From Chrysomallon squamiferum (lineage: Eukaryota; Animalia; Mollusca), in NCBI GenBank assembly GCA_012295275.1, contig CM022668.1, positions 7,750,001 through 7,814,000 on the forward strand: 64,000 nt of DNA, given 5' to 3'. The first letter of the stretch is position 1, and every line of letters starts with the position of its first letter. This document shows, piece by piece, positions 30,526 to 44,448 of this stretch. A program made the translations under genes and the position numbers. The notes below the pieces were generated by a model, which saw nothing but the letters and a program-made list of their open reading frames with translations, searched no databases and was not told the DNA's origin.

Positions 30526-30693
30526 TGAGCAGCCAAGTTTGCTCATCAGCCAAAATGTATAAAATCTTCTTCCGGGCAACCGGCTGTTTCTTACTGGATA
30601 TCTTTCCGTTCTTAACATACTACATTTTTTTTCATCACAAATATCTTACGTATATCCTAGAATTTCGTGGGGCACACCCTTTGAGAACCACTG

Positions 30694-31083
30694 CAGTATA
30701 GTGTAGTATGGTATGGTATAGTATAGTATAGTATAGTATAGTATAGTATAGAATAGTACAGTATAGAACAGTACAGTACCGTATACATAGTATAGTATAA
30801 TACTGTTTAGTATAGTATAGTGTAGTACAGTACAAGATAGTATAATGTAGTACAATATAGTACAGTATAGTATGTAGTATAACCACAGTATAATTTAATG
30901 TAGTCTAGTATATTATAGTACACTATAGTGTAGTTCAGTATAGTGTAATATATATATATAGAATATAGTATAGCATAGTATAGAGTAATATAATGTAGTA
31001 TAGTATATAGCATAGTATAGTATAGTACAGTATAGTGTAGTATAATGTAGTATAGTTATAGTGGGGTATAGTATAGTATAGTA
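30694..31083. repeat. (TAGTA)n pentanucleotide satellite
   Basis: Direct reading. Confidence 0.92.
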
Positions 31084-31532
31084 TTTTTTAAACCCTTTAT
31101 TTTATTTTTTATTTATCTATTTAACTATGAAAAAATTGTATGATTTTAGGATAATAATAATCATTTTTATATATTCTTATTTCTACTCTTCTTATGTGTG
31201 TCTGTGTATGTGTGTGTGTATGTGTACAATGAAATTCATTTAATTTTAAACATTTCATGTGCTACAGTCTTCGCAGCTCTTTTCTGAAATTTTGGGTTTG
31301 CTCTTGGAGTAATATATCTACAGGTTTGTACATTTCATGCAGTTCGTTTTTGTATTTTTATCGTTTGTAAAACTGTGACAGCAATGCTTGAACACGAAGA
31401 ACAGTTTGATTGTAATTTTACATTTTGTGTTGTTTTTTTACTGAACAGTACATAGTGTATATATTACTAAGTACGAAAAGTAAAAATTAAATAGAAAATA
31501 ATATGATGATGACGATGATGATGATGATGAAA

Positions 31533-31567
<35 letters not shown>

Positions 31568-31889
31568 TAATAATAATAATTGAAGCCGAAAACTAAAATC
31601 AAATTGAAAAGATTGTTATTACCGATATCCCCATAGTATTTATTATCTGTTTTTATTGTGTATTTAATACATATTTTTATTATTTGCAGATCTATTACAT
31701 TAAATCACTATGACGTCAGAGGATTTCTGCAGGGAGTTTGAAAATATCACACTATTTATAAATCAATTCAACAGTAACTTTAGGCTAATTCGTGAAAAGC
31801 CATTAAATGTTAACGAATATTACGTTTCAGCCGAATTATAGCAAATTTCATCTCTACGTCATAATATTACGTAAGCATTTACACAATTA

Positions 31890-31940
<51 letters not shown>

Positions 31941-32559
31941 TAATAATAATAAAATAATAAAAAAAAAAAAAAAAAGAGTGAAAATGAATATAATAAAATC
32001 TAGATATTGATTGGCAATTGTTAAACAGCGAGCCTGTATATATGGACATGACAACTTCACGCTAGATAACTCGTATAACATTTAATGGGATTTGCTTATT
32101 TCCACGGCAGTAATGTCTAGTTAACAGTGATTTCTTCAGCGAACCAAAATAAGATGATTATAGTGGACAAGGGTAAAAAAGAGAAGTAATTTCGGCTTAC
32201 TAGGTTTTCAAACAAAAACAACATGTCCTAGTTCTTTACGTCTTAGTGTAATTAAAGAGGTCAAAACAAATGCGAGGTCAAAATTCTAGTATGTTTTCGT
32301 ACGAATTCAGACTATATATATATATATACGTTTGCTGACTGGATATTAATGAAGTAAGAGTTATTACCCTTGGATCGATGATAATTAATTACAGTTCAGC
32401 TGGTCCATTTTGTTGAAAGGGTGGAATTTACTTTTTACAACGACTAATTTGGATCTCTTATTAGTTAGTGCTTTGAGTTTATGTTACTACTTCATAAAGT
32501 GAAATATACAGAATACAGCAGTAAAATGTCGTAGAGCAGGAATAGTATGACAGAGTGTA

Positions 32560-33598
32560 GAATAGTACGGAATAATAATATAGTATAGCATAGTAGTGCA
32601 TATAGTTTAATTTAGTACTGAATAACTGTAATATAGTAAAATATACTATGGTGTTGTATGGTACGGTATCGTATTGAATAGCATAGCATTATGGTATAGT
32701 ATTATACAGAATAGTATAGTACACATTAGCAGTATACCATATTATATTATATTTATATTATATATATATTACATTACATTACAGTATTTTATTAGTATAT
32801 AATAATAAAGAGTGGAATAATATTGTATAGTAGAGATAATAAGGTGTAGAATAACATAGTATATTATAGTATAGTATATTACAGTATAGCATAATATACA
32901 TACATACAATGTGTATTATTGTATAAGTATAGAATAGTACTCTACAGTATAATAAAGTACAGTATAATATAGTATTATATAATAAGGTATAGTATAATAT
33001 AGTATAATGAGTTATAGTATAGTATAGTATAGTATAGTATAATAAAGTAAAATATAATATAGTATGGTATGGTATAATAAGGTAGTGTTATATATAGTAT
33101 AGTATAATAAGGTATTGTACAATATGATATAGTATAGAATAATAAGGTATTGTATAATATAGTTTAGTATAATAAGGTATTGTATAATACAATAAGGTAT
33201 ATTATAATATACTATAATAAAGTACAGTATAGTATAGTATTATATAATAAGGTATAGTATAATATAGTATAATGAGTTATAGTATAGTATAGTATAGTAT
33301 AATAATAAAGTAGAATATAATATAGTGTGGTATAGTATAATAAGGTATAGTATAATATCGTACAATGAGGTACAGAATAATATACTATAGTATAGTATAA
33401 TATAGTATAGTATAGTATAGTATAATAAGGTACAGAATAATATAGTATAGTATAATAAGGCATTGCATAAGGTAGTAATAGTATAATAAGATATAGTATA
33501 ATATAGTATAATATAATAAGACATTAATAATAGTATATATAGTATAGTATAATACAGTATAATATAGTGTATAGTATAATAAGGTATAGTATAATATA
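32560..33598. repeat. Degenerate (TAGTA)n/(TATAATAAGGTATAG)n satellite
   Basis: Direct reading. Confidence 0.9.
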
Positions 33599-34448
33599 CA
33601 CACACACACAGACACATCAACAGACATTCATATAACACATTTTGTTAAAAATAAATAATAATAATAATTTCTACACGGTTCTGAAAATTTAAAGATGTCG
33701 AAAGGTGAAAACAACAACAACAACAACGTCAGTGCATCAACTTGGTTCATCACAATTAAACATAAATAGATTATCTATTAATGACATCTGATTAAGACGT
33801 CTTTAATTTAAAACAGCATGAATGTCAACGCGTGCATGTCCGTGTGTGTGTCATTATATTCTGTCAGTTCTACCTATGACACAGAAGATCATTATCTTGT
33901 GTCTGTTTCAACTTTCATTATATTCTTTTGTCTGTTTTAATATCACACAGATATATCCCTATCTGTATGTGTATGTGTACTGACACTGCAGAAATGAATC
34001 TATATATAACATAAATATTAATGTATGGCGTAATATGGTTTAAGTTCGAAATACAGGTTTCAACAGATAAATGATTAGGAACGAAGTACATAAACGAATA
34101 CTTATTAACAGATCTAACTACCAGATTTACAAAGCTGTACAGACTTCCGATAGGTCGAAACGACCACTTTAAATGAGCCTGAGAATAATTTGTATTGTTG
34201 GAAGACATTAATGCGCGCTCAAAGTAATAAAAGCGTTTCTATCAGTTGAGTTTAAATCTTTGTCATCGATTGCTGGCCTCCTGTCTTCGCCGTTCAGTTT
34301 AGAATCAGCGGTTGTTCCGAAGCCACAGCAGAACTGAATGTGTTTGTTTCAGTTCAGAGATTACACGATACAGGTGGGGTTTATGCCAAACTGATTATAA
34401 ACGCTAGACTGAAAATATGTAATGGAGACTAATGTAGCTAATGTAGTG

Positions 34449-34513
<65 letters not shown>

Positions 34514-35324
34514 TTTCTCTGAATGCATGTGAATGTGTACCTACATGTGTATCATATATTTTTATATCTTAGAAAGCTTTATAATTTATGTGTTATTTTT
34601 GAATTTTTGAATATATATTTGTCATAATTTATCTTTATTTTAACACTATCTTTTCCTAAAATTATTAAAAAAAAAAAAAAAAAAAAAAAAAGTCTTTCAG
34701 GCTGCTGAGATTGTAAAGATATAATTAGATTGTATGTATGTTCATAAAAAGTTAAATAAACACTTATTAAAATCCAGTTTCCGCCTAGAAAATGGCGACT
34801 GACGAATATTAAACAAGCTCACAAACACTTTTCATTCTTAAACAATTCGTCTGATTTCGTATTTACCACTCTAATTTAGCTTCAATGCTAATGCTCTATC
34901 TAAGTAAAAACACAAATAACACTAACATTATCTGCAATAACTGCTCCCCTAGGGCTGAATTTAATTTCGTACTTTCAGCGATATTTACTTTCCAGCAGCG
35001 ACTGCAGTGAAACAGAAATTATTGTTGTTTTTATTTAACCAGTTATCAACATGACAATAGAAGGTTTTCGAATCGAACTGTAATTGTTGTTTTTTTGTTT
35101 TTGTTTGATGCAACAACACGAGTGTTTTCATTTCATTTAGTTCTCTTTTATTTAAGGCTCGGCCATTTTGGTTTTTTAATGCATATCATATGTTTTCTTT
35201 TCTTCATTTATTTCTTTTTTTTTTTTTTTTTAAATGGAAAGGTCTTTGTCATTGTGATGCATAAAGCTTGCATTTTATCACCTTTTTATTTTATTTAATT
35301 ATTTATCTTTTTCATTTCCACAGA

Positions 35325-35655
35325 AGAGCTATGCTATTATTTCGATTCATAAACCGTGCAATTGTTATCAATTATTGATGTGAGTTGTTGTTGTTGTTGT
35401 TGTTGAAATAAATGCTAAAGATGCTCCTATTTTAGATGCATAAACTACACAATTGTTATCAATTACTGGTGTCGGTTTTTTGTTTTGTTGTTGTTGTTGC
35501 TGCTGAAAAAAGGGCCAGAGATGTTGCTATTTAGATGCATACACCACACAATTGTTATCAGTTACTGTGGATTTTTGTTGTTGTTGTTGCTGTTGTTGAG
35601 ATAAGAACTAGAGATATTGTTATTTCCATACAAAGACCATACAACTGTTTATTAG
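35325..35655. repeat. Degenerate ~91-99-bp tandem repeat, 4 copies, each with an internal (GTT)n
   Basis: CAATTGTTATCA at 35359, 35450 and 35549, with a decayed copy at ~35642. Confidence 0.75.
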
Positions 35656-35877
35656 TTAGGTGTTTTTTTATGTTAAGAGCTTTTGTCACCGTCAGATCGA
35701 TGTACAACACTCGTCTGTGTTCTTTTTGTTTGAGTCTCAGCTCCTTGTCACAGACATTTCAACTGAATTTCAGTTGAACGATTCGAATAGAGTATTACAC
35801 GAATAGTTTATCCATAAACAATTTCTTTTATTCTTTTGTGTCAAGTTATTAGAATCACATTTCTTTTTCTCATCAGT

Positions 35878-35909
<32 letters not shown>

Positions 35910-37224
35910 TATTTAGTATCTGTCATTTACTTGTGTTCTGCGAATTAATAAAATTCATTTTAGATTATCTGTTTTTAGAATTAATATTCATTCATATTTC
36001 TCCAACAAATTGTAAAAAAAACATTTTCCTATTAAAAACCATGACAACGAGGTATGTTTGATAGCGCTGTTACAATACTGATATGTATATAAAACCACAG
36101 AATATAATATCGCCATACAAGTATAATTTGGTAGCAATAAAACATTATATTTAGAAATACCTGTATTTATGGAAATACGTCATTACCCAGTTCATCAACC
36201 ACAATCTCTATATTTTTGCTGTAGATTATAATGTTATCTTATTAACATATAATGCTACTTTTTTCAGTGTGCTTGACCAACTGAAACAAAATATGATACC
36301 AGATACATGCTTAATATTTGGTATGTTTCTTATTTATTTATTTATTCGTTCATTCATTCATTCATTTATTATTGTTGTCATCAGCAATTGAAATATTAGT
36401 AATTTTATGTACAACAATGTTATAAATGCACCTTTTGTAGTTTTTATAATACAAAATTAAAAAACAACACAAAACCACTCATTTCTGTCTAATGCAATAA
36501 ATTACTTTCATTAATTCCATTAGAATATCTTCACATATTATCTACTTGAATATGTCAGTATACGCACATCCTTCAGAGTGGATATGTGTGCATTCAGTAT
36601 GTACGACTGTGCAGAGTTTACATATTAAAGGATGTGTATAAAGGTACACAGTCAGACATATCACTATCGTAGATTAACGAGGGGAAATCTGATGCTGAAG
36701 TTAACACCAGCGTGTCCGAGATCGATAAACCCTGAACAGTGTGTTGTATAAATATATACATAGCTAATTCAAATCAGAATGCACACAAAAAAAACAGAAA
36801 TAATAACATACCGTGTAGATCTGTAACACGCATGTTCATGTATTGTGCTCATAATGAACGTGTGCTATATTTCCATGTTGGATATATGTACTGTCTGTAC
36901 ACAAGTATGTCTGTATGTCTGTCTGTATGTATGCATGTAAGCATATATGTATGTATGTATATGTGCATGTATATGTATGTGTGCATATGTTATATATGTG
37001 TACATGTGTTATGTATGTGTGCATGTGTTATGTATGTGAGCATGTGTGTAAATTGGTACGTATAGAAACGAGAATATTTTACTTGATATTACATTTACAT
37101 TTTAATTTGTTATTTAATATTTATAATTATATTTATATTGTAGACATTTTCGTGCCTCCACTGTTGATGTTGCTGTTTTCTCTGCCGTGGTGTAGCTGAA
37201 AACGTAACAAAACAGATCACTTAC

Positions 37225-37596
37225 CTTTACGACGTCCTGACGGAACCGGAATTCGAATGAGCACACTGTTGGGGTGAAACTTCCGGCTGGTCTTCAAGAG
37301 AAACTTTTCTGTGGTTTGGGTTGAGACGCTGCGTTTTTTACCACTCGAAGCCACGGCAGACACTTCCAGCTTTGATTGCGTCACACACGGGTCAGAGGTC
37401 AAGGTCTGGTCAGCACTCCTTCGGTCGCCATCGTTTGCCGAAGCGGAAACATTTTTCGTTCGTTTGTTTTTCATTCCCCCAGTGCGGTGCTCCGCGGCCT
37501 GGCAAACGTGCTATTCACGACGCCATCGTCGTCAACGTTTTTGTCAACAATTATCACAATTCCATTGCGACGTGAACAGCTGGCACACGATCCCAT
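37225..37596 (-). CDS. First coding exon of an unidentified gene (exon 37225-37639). ORF-A MGSCASCSRR...ALGE* (37596-37471) overlaps ORF-B MKNKRTK...RSVSTQT...SGRRK+G (37474-37225); probably one ORF split by a 1-nt indel
   Basis: Acceptor TTTGATTTCAG|G at 37640/37639 and donor AAAG|GTAAGTGA at 37225/37224 (phase 1). GC/CpG-rich island in AT-rich DNA; MGxxxS myristoylation consensus. Confidence 0.75.
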
Positions 37597-37830
37597 GAAC
37601 CTTTATCTTCTCAGATATCTGCTTCAGTCTGCTTCGAACCTGAAATCAAATTATTATTATCATCATCATCATCATTATTACTACTACCATTATTATTATT
37701 TTTATTATTATTATTATCATCATCATCATCAACATCATCATCATCATTATTAGTATACCATTATTATTATTATTATTATTTTTTTTTTTATTATCATCAT
37801 CATCATCATCATCATCATTATTACTACTAC

Positions 37831-37866
<36 letters not shown>

Positions 37867-37908
37867 CATCATCATCATCAACATCATCATCATTATTACT
37901 ACTACTAC

Positions 37909-37945
<37 letters not shown>

Positions 37946-38779
37946 GTCGTTGTTGTTGTATGTATGTGTAGTATATGTTCTTATATATGTATTTGGTTTT
38001 GTGTGTTCAGATGTGGAATTTTGTAGTTGTTCTCACTATTAATTCATTAACTATTTAGCCTTTTATTTTTATGAGCTAATAATAATGATGATGATGATGA
38101 TGATGATAAAATTGTTACTCTATTTACTGTCGTTGTTCAAACAACAGTTTTGAATCTCTCTCTCTCTCATAAATAAATAAATTAATAAGAAATCCTCTTA
38201 CATATTTTAGAAAAATGTTTTAATAATTAAATATCATCATAAATAAAAACGTACAAAGTACTAAAGAAATAAAGATATAAATAAATAAACAAATTATCAA
38301 AAATATTAAAGCTTTATGTTCTTACAAGATAAATACTGACATTATTAACATAGAACATTTATGTGATAGGATTACCTGCAGAATGCGAAAACACACAGAA
38401 CAAAACATGCATTTCCCTATTTAGCACAAACATTCTGAACACACACCTGACACTTAATCACACATTTAGCAGCAGTATCGAGGGGAAAATGATTATCTGG
38501 TACTATCGATAAATTAAGTACATGAAGATCGATATTTTAATTCATGTTCATATATTGCTTTGAACAATAAAGTAATATCATTAAAGAGTCATTATAAATA
38601 ATAATAATATCTGTATAACCTATACGTCTGTCTGTCTACATGTCTGTCTGTCTGTCTGTCTGTCGTTCTATCCATCATCAATCCATCTGTCTTTCTATCC
38701 ATCTGTCTGTCTCTCTCTCTCTTGTCTATGTTCAGTCCAATCAGACGTATATAACACAGAATATATTCAAATCCTATAA

Positions 38780-39205
38780 TACATACACATCCATACACTC
38801 ATACATTCATATATACATACATACATACAATATACATACATACATACATATATATATATATGCATACATACATACATATATACACATACAATATACATAC
38901 ATACATACACACATATACACACATACATTCATATATACATACAATATACATACATACACACATACATATATGCATACATATATGCATACATACATACATA
39001 CATATATACATACAACATACATACATACATACATATATGCATACATACATACATACATTCATATATACATACATATATGCATACATACATACATACAATA
39101 TAAATACATACAATATAAATACATACATATATACATACATACATTCATACATACATATATGCATACCTACATACATATAAATACATTGATAAATGGGCAC
39201 ATATA
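38780..39205. repeat. Degenerate (TACA)n microsatellite
   Basis: Direct reading. Confidence 0.92.
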
Positions 39206-40853
39206 TTCATCTACACATAGCTAAGAAAACAATCTACATTAGTAGCGAATACCTGTAAAATTATATTAAATCAAATGTCAAAACTAAACATCAAATACTT
39301 TTACCTGCAACACCTTGAAAATACCTGACAACTTTCAGCATATCGGAATGCCTCTTTCTCGAGGTGAGTAAACACTGAAATGTTTTCATACCTCAGAGAC
39401 GCGGTGACATTTTCAGATCTCGACAAAATCGTTAATATTGATGACAACTTTTGCTTATTCTGTCGGCGAAATATTTACATATACACATTTTTTAAAAAAG
39501 AAGAAAATATCACTTCGAAAAAATCCCCTCCATGTTTACTAGTCTCGACAACGTAATTCCGAAATAATCAAGTTTCTGCTCATTCTCTCTGCTGGTAGAT
39601 CAATAAATATAATTATATTTATAACAACAAAAGGGATAGAAATCAGGTCGGAAATACCAATAAAAATTCATTACAGAGAATTACAAATCAATAATGAATT
39701 GCCAAAATACAATTCTTTACACTTTTCGTTTATTTAAAAAAACAAAACTTAAAAAAACAAACAGAGAAGAAAAAAAAAAAAGACAAGAAAAAGAAGAAGA
39801 AGAAAAAAAAATAGTTGAGACAATACGTAGCAAGAGTTATTGGATGTCGTAATGGGTTTGTCTAGACATAGTATTTCAAAGTTTAGTTAGCAAACTACTA
39901 GCTGTAGCAGACAGATACTTTAGTCTGTCTGTCTGCGTGTCTGTCTCTTTCTCTCTGTCTGTGTGTAAGTGTGTTGGCATGATGTGTTATGTCTGTATGT
40001 GTCTATGTATGTATGTTTGTATGTGTGTATGCTATTTCAATGTATTTGTGTATGTATGTATGCTGATATATGTGTATGTATGTATATATCAAAGTATGTG
40101 TGTATGTGTATGTATAATATAATGAGTGTATGAGTATTATGTGTGTATATGCATATTTTGTGATTATGTATGTTTGTGTCTTTATGTAAATACGGATGTA
40201 TGAATTTGTACATATGTATGAGTGTATGTGTGTGTGTGTATGCTGGTATGCTGCTATGTGTTTATGTGTGTGTATGTATGTATGCATGTATGTATGTGTG
40301 TATTCTTGTAGCATGTATTTGTAACTAAGTACGTATGTACGCGTTTGACTGACGAATACAGTGGCTACTTTTAATTAGAAAGAAAAGGAAAGAAAGGTTA
40401 GGTCGAGTAATAACTGGCTGTAAAACAAAGAAACAAAGACGATGCAAAAAACAAACAAGCAAATTAATTACAGATTATGTAGTTGTTCCGTTTCCACTGG
40501 CAGTATTACAGTCATTTTGTTCAACAAATACGTATGGCAAGATTTATTTTTGGATATGGCTAATGATGATTGAAAATATAGTTTTTATGTATTTAACGTA
40601 AACATATTTAACTGTATCAAATATGAGATATTATTACAATTATTAATCGTGAAATCGTTACATCAAAATAAAAATTTCTCACAAAAAACGCGAGCGTGCA
40701 CACACATTAACACAAACATACACCAACAAATATATAGTGTGCTTTCACGCGCACATATACACATGTTTGAACATATTGTGTGTAGACCGAACAATAGATC
40801 GATTGAAAGATAGATGGACACTCGCATACATACATACATACATACAGACATGC

Positions 40854-40989
<136 letters not shown>

Positions 40990-41230
40990 GAAAAATAACA
41001 ATTTATTATTAAAAATTAAATATTTCGGAGAATATAATAATATTACATGTTCATTCCAAACTACTTCCACTACTATTACAGCTACACCAGCAACATTAGA
41101 AACTATACAACAACTCTACTACTCTACAAGAACAAAAAGAACTACAGCTATTACTGCTACAAAAACTACTACTATAGTAATGTTATTAGTACTCTACAAC
41201 AACAACAACTACTATTACTACTACAACTAC

Positions 41231-41262
<32 letters not shown>

Positions 41263-41264
41263 CT

Positions 41265-41305
<41 letters not shown>

Positions 41306-41846
41306 TTTGTTTTATAATTATTATTAAATCAAGACAGAACAATATTTCCTACTTTTATTCATAACTGCCTGTGTCTGAATGAACGGCAAAGAAAAGGAGT
41401 TTACTTTGAAGTCAGTTCGTGTCATTCAAACATGTTTTCTTATCAACATACTCAAGTCACTGAGAACAGACGAGATCGAACTCGCCCATTCTAAATTACT
41501 GTATCACTATCCCAGACAAGTCTTTGATCGAAATCTCGCAATGAATCATCCTGACATTTGTTCGTGATGTTTTGATAGAGAAATATGAAAATTCGTAGGT
41601 TTCAGAGGAACAGTCATGTTAGATTACAGACTTTTTCACAAAACTTCAAGTCAACAGATTAATATGATGCCCAGTGCGACCTTCAGTGATGACCGTGACC
41701 AGTTGACGTAAAAATGTATCTGTGGTTCTGCGAACAGAAGCTATAATAAAATTCTTTACTGTTTTAACTGATTATTTAACTGATTTCTGCGACCTGCGTA
41801 GCTCATGGCTATAAAGCAATTCTTTACAAAATATTTATTTGTACTC

Positions 41847-42140
41847 CGCCATCTTTTACTTACATCGTTACAAGATGGCGTCGTGACGTCATCGCGTGTT
41901 TGGCGGATTTGTTTCTTTCCACTCTAGACGAAACTTACCCCAGCCGGTTCAGCCTGCACGTGATAACTTCAGCCTGCCGTGTTCGTGATAACTTCAGACC
42001 TGCACGTGATAATCAACGTGATAAGTTCACGACTGCACGTGATAACTTAACGACTGGATAACTTCAAAAAAAGTTTATATCACGACCCGATAAACTTTGA
42101 TAAAACAGATAACTTTTGCATGTTATAACTTCACGACTGC
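41847..42140. other. CpG-rich motif block: inverted YY1-like pair, CRE, and iterated CACGTGATAAC motifs
   Basis: CGCCATCTT (41847) and AAGATGGCG (41872); TGACGTCA (41884); at least 5 CGTGATAA copies in 41957-42050. Confidence 0.55.
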
Positions 42141-42449
42141 AGGGGGACGGGAAAAAAAAGTTTATATCCAGAAATTTGTAAACAGATATTTCATGTTATA
42201 CTTCCTTGTTAATCAAAATGCGTGTCTATGTGTGTGTGTGTGCGTGCGTCTGTCTGTGTGTGTAATAAATAATAATAATAATACTAAATTTTAAATATAC
42301 TATTACTGATACTACAACTACTACTACTACTGTTACTACAACTGCTACTCCTAAACTACTATTACTACTACTACCTCTGCTACTACTACTATTACTATTA
42401 CAGCTACTACTACTTCTGCTACTACCACTACTACTACTACTACACCACC

Positions 42450-42504
<55 letters not shown>

Positions 42505-42853
42505 CAACAACAACAAATATTGGAAGAACGCGGAATATATTTAGGCTATTTCTTCATACTTTAAAACTTTATTTTAATAAAAATAAATTTAAAAATGTAT
42601 TTTCGAGCCTCCATCTGTATCAACATTTACCAGAAGAGAGATTATAAAACTAATCTCTCAAAAGTTAATCTGAATTAACACGTGACTAACAGAAAATTTC
42701 TACAGATAGCCATAAATCAGTACCCAGTCAAAATATGACTCTGACAGTCATAAGAAAAGTGACATCATTTTATTTTGGTTTTAATTTTTGTTTTAAATTT
42801 ATTAATTAATTTATTATTTTTATAAATTAAAAAAAAGATTGTTTGTTTTGTTT

Positions 42854-42905
<52 letters not shown>

Positions 42906-43264
42906 CACACACACACACAGACACACACATTTATTAATTTGTTTATTTATATTTATTTATTCATCTATTCACTCATTTGATAAACTAATTTATTTTTCGT
43001 TTGATTTATTCTTTTAATTTATTATTCCTTTTATTTGTTTTTTCATTTGGTATTTTTTCCAATTTTATTTTCTTATTATTTTTTTTAATCTATAGTTCGA
43101 CATTTCGTAATAAGTTCAAAGAGATATCGATTCTGTAACGGGTAACGAAATTAGCTAAACACCGGTTATTAATTGTTTCTGCCAGGTTGCAGACAGCTAT
43201 ATGACTCTACTCGTCAAAGACCACAATAATTAATGTACAGTGAGAGGTCTACCACTTATTCATT

Positions 43265-43580
43265 TCATATCAGAGGTCTACAACTACTTTATTTGATATC
43301 AGAGAAAAGTCACTAGTTTACTTGATATCAGAGCAATCCAGTAGTTTATTTGATATCAGAGAAAAGTCACTAGTTTATCCGATATCAGAGCAAAGGCACT
43401 AGTTTATTTGATATCAGAGAAAACTAACTAGTTTATCTGATATCAGAGCAAAGCCGCGAGTTTATCTGATATCAGAAGAAAGTCACTTGTCTTTTTGATA
43501 TCAGGGATAAGTCACTAGTTTATTAGATATCAGAGAAAAGCCGCTAGTTTATTTGCTATCAAACTAAAGCCGCTAGTTTT
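43265..43580. repeat. 29-bp minisatellite GATATCAGAGAAAAGTCACTAGTTTATTT, ~11 copies
   Basis: GATATC at 43324, 43352, 43381, 43410, 43439 and onward. Confidence 0.9.
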
Positions 43581-44403
43581 AGATATTAGAGGAATGTAAA
43601 TCTTTGTTTAGGTAACAATAAACAAACTAGTTTCTTTCTCAGGCACTGTAAATTTTTCTCTATTTTTTTTACATTCACATATACACACACATATATATAT
43701 GTACACACATACACACTTATCTTCAGCAGTAACATTAATACTATTATTGTTACTACTACTACTAATATTAACATCATCATCATCCATGTTTTAGTAGATT
43801 CATCTTTTACTTTTTACGCCCTGTTAATACACTACTATTGAGTTTTGCAGATTTCTGCTAATGGCTTATTTTCAAAATAACAAACACATTAGACATTTCT
43901 CACATCGACAGGTAACTTAATTAGCAAACTGTGTTTTACTAATCCGCCGTAATTATCTCACTTCAAATAAATTAACGTATTGTGTTGCAGTGTTAAGGAG
44001 TCGTCATTTCAGAAAAAAAATAACGATACGACGTCACTGTAGACGTCGTAACTTTGAAAGTGAGAATGAGCTTCATTATAAAAGGAAAAAAAAAAAAGGA
44101 TGTAAGAAGATTAAACATAATTTGAAGATGAAGAAATCATTTATCGTGGTGGAAAAAAGAAGAAGAAGAAAGAAAGAAAAAAGACGGTAATGTCACAGAG
44201 TACATTGTGACAGAAGAGACATCTCGAGAGGAAAATAAATATATAAATAAAAATAAATATTTATTAAAATTTCATTAAAAATGTTATAAGTAGATTTTGA
44301 AGACATTACAAGAACAATCCATCTTTACAAATAATAATATCTCTGAAAATGATGATGATGATGATGAAAATGATTGTGATAAATAAATAAATAACAATAA
44401 AAT

Positions 44404-44448
<45 letters not shown>

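Larger units (their letters stand above)
28777..30693. mobile_element. hAT-type non-autonomous DNA transposon (~1.9 kb) carrying two minisatellite arrays
   Basis: Left end CAGTGGTTATCAAA (28777); right end TTTGAGAACCACTG (ends 30693, revcomp CAGTGGTTCTCAAA), 13/14 match. Flanking 8-mers CAGTACAA and CAGTATAG match 6/8, consistent with an 8-bp TSD. Confidence 0.72.

Noticed and set aside
37311-37753. Three overlapping plus-strand ORFs
   Set aside because: Antisense shadows of the GC-rich minus-strand exon; the splice signals are on the minus strand.
43265-43580. 29-bp repeats with variable middle as a CRISPR-like array
   Set aside because: The variable parts are ~8 nt and clearly related to one another, so they are not acquired spacers.
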